A stretch of DNA of 64,000 nt from the human T2T-CHM13v2.0 reference genome, Homo sapiens, in NCBI RefSeq assembly GCF_009914755.1, contig NC_060947.1. One strand, 5' to 3'. The position numbers and the translations under genes are program-made. Numbering within the stretch: the first letter of the stretch is position 1; each line of letters begins with the position of its first letter. The notes below the pieces were generated by a model that saw only the letters and a program-made list of their open reading frames with translations, made no database searches and was not told the origin of the DNA. Below are positions 59,509 to 64,000 of the stretch, piece after piece.

Positions 59509-60429
59509 TTTTTTTTTTTTTTTTTTTTTTTTTTTGATAGTGGCTCTCAGTGTGTTCAGATTCTAGGTGCCCAGTGAGGCCACCCAATTTCACAAGATAA
59601 AAAAGTACTGTGAGTTTTTTTCTGGAAATAATTAAATAAAAAAATGAATGGTCCACGTTTCCTTTCCTTTAATTTCCTAGTGGGTTACTTAATGTGTTCT
59701 AAGGTGAGAATAAGAGGCAGAGAGGATGACGACAAAGCAGACCAATGTAACCCAGTCACTGGATATTCAACTCTGTATCACTGGGGGGTAACTCTGTAAG
59801 TACTTCTCTTTTTTTTTGCAGTTATTTTAATTCAGGTTTTATTAATGTTGTTTCCGAATATTTTTTCTCAGTGATCCTTGTTCTGATGAATATTACATTT
59901 CATCCTTAGTTTTGCTCATTTGATTTTTGCTTTGGTGTTTTAAGAACTTTTATTCATTTATCAAATCCTTTGCCATGAATGAGAGCACCAAATAACATAT
60001 CAATCCCCAACTACCTGATTCGTTTATAGCAGTAAAAAAGTCAGTAAAAGGTTTGTACAATCCAACTACTAAACCACCAAGATCCCCCCCTTCAAGATAG
60101 AGTGAGCCAAAGCTTCCTTAGTATCATCTATAAGCCAATGTATTTTCACTATACCATTAAGATGAAAATAATGAAGAGCACTTGACACAATTTTCTTGCT
60201 CTTTCCATCTAAAAATGTGGGTTTCTTGTGGTGTGGCTAATTTTTAAAAAACCAAAAACTGGAGGGAAAATTTGTCAGTGAATGATTAGCTCACATGTTT
60301 TTTCTACTCATGATTAATCAGTCTTCCCTTTTCCGTAGACTTTAGGCAACCATAAAAAGCCAGGAAAACAATGTGCATAATAAAAAAATAAAAATAAATA
60401 TCTGAAAGCCTACTGTAGTAGGCATTTAA

Positions 60430-60590
60430 CACATTTCACTTAATCCTCACAATGTTGTGAAAGAATTATTATAATCATTTTAGAAATAAAGAATCAGGCT
60501 CAGGAGGGTGAAATGACTGGTGCCTAAAGTCATGCAGGTGACTGAGCTGGGATTTAAGTACAAGCCTATGCTCTATTATGCTGCTTTGGC
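60430..60590 (-). mobile_element. MIR fragment
   Basis: 'cacttaatcctcacaa...ggctcaggagggtgaaatgactgg...gagctgggattt'. Confidence 0.65.
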
Positions 60591-60754
60591 TCCCCAAAGC
60601 CCTTCAACTTGAGATTCTTACTGTTACAGTTTCATCTTCTACTTCCAAATTTACACTTTTAAGTCTGCAAAGCTACTGAATAATAAAAGAACCTAAAATT
60701 ATTCTCAATTCACTTGGCAAAATGGGAGATGTACTAGAGTACTAGAAAATTCTT

Positions 60755-60917
60755 CTAGCCTGGGCAATATAGTGAGACCCCACCTGTAAAAAACAAACAA
60801 ACAAAAAAAAACAAAGGAAAAAAAAAAAAACTAGCCGGGCATGGTGGTGCATTTGCCTGTAGTCCTGGCTACTTGGTAGGCTGAGGTGAGAGGATCACTT
60901 GAGCCCGGTAGGTAGAG
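60755..60917 (+). mobile_element. Central AluJ fragment, both ends missing, with an expanded A-rich linker
   Basis: agcctgggcaatatagtgagacccc-(A-rich)-tagccgggcatggtgg...ggatcacttgagccc. Confidence 0.85.
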
Positions 60918-61229
60918 ACATCTCTAGGTAATCATAACATTCCATACCTAAAATTATTAATTTTAATTAATGTGAATTTGAACTGGTAATGATAGCTAGC
61001 AATAAAAAAAATTTTTAAAAAGATGCACAGAGAATAATTATAATCAGCTCATTTTCTTATTGTAACCACCTGTCAATCTCATAGAAATGAAGGCCAAAAA
61101 AGACAACTTCCTATTGTGAACCCTGATTGTTCATTAAATTTACAATATACACTTAGCGAAATGCCAAAAGATGTTCTGGTTTTAAAAGCTTACCACCAGT
61201 CTTTTGATTGCATTTTATTTCTTTAGTTT

Positions 61230-64000
<2,771 letters not shown>

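Overview
This is primate (hominoid-like), AT-rich genomic DNA with no cellular protein-coding exon I can recognise. Bases 1 to about 49.5 kb are an essentially continuous, deeply nested stack of retroelements: a HERV-L 3' half with its MLT2A LTR, L1s of many ages (L1MB, L1MA, L1PB, L1P4, L1PA3-8-like), a two-LTR MST MaLR provirus, THE1 LTRs, Alus, and a HERV-H provirus that keeps full-length but disrupted pro, pol and env while lacking its 5' LTR and most of gag. The last 14.5 kb holds old L2, MIR and CR1 fragments, MER1B, solo LTRs, a 3x106-bp tandem repeat and a final L1PA. The longer ORFs in the track are retroelement remnants or their antisense frames. I found no evidence for a new biological system. 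The most notable signals are structural: (1) two TSD-less L1s that appear to be subfamily chimeras and join unrelated flanks, consistent with multi-kb L1-mediated deletions, one of which removed the HERV-H 5' end; (2) a 30-bp L1 3' transduction; (3) two twin-priming inversions; (4) an in-frame 63-bp duplication in HERV-H RNase H; (5) several templated-insertion and hairpin footprints. Subfamily names are by eye and from recalled consensus sequences, so they need RepeatMasker/Dfam confirmation.
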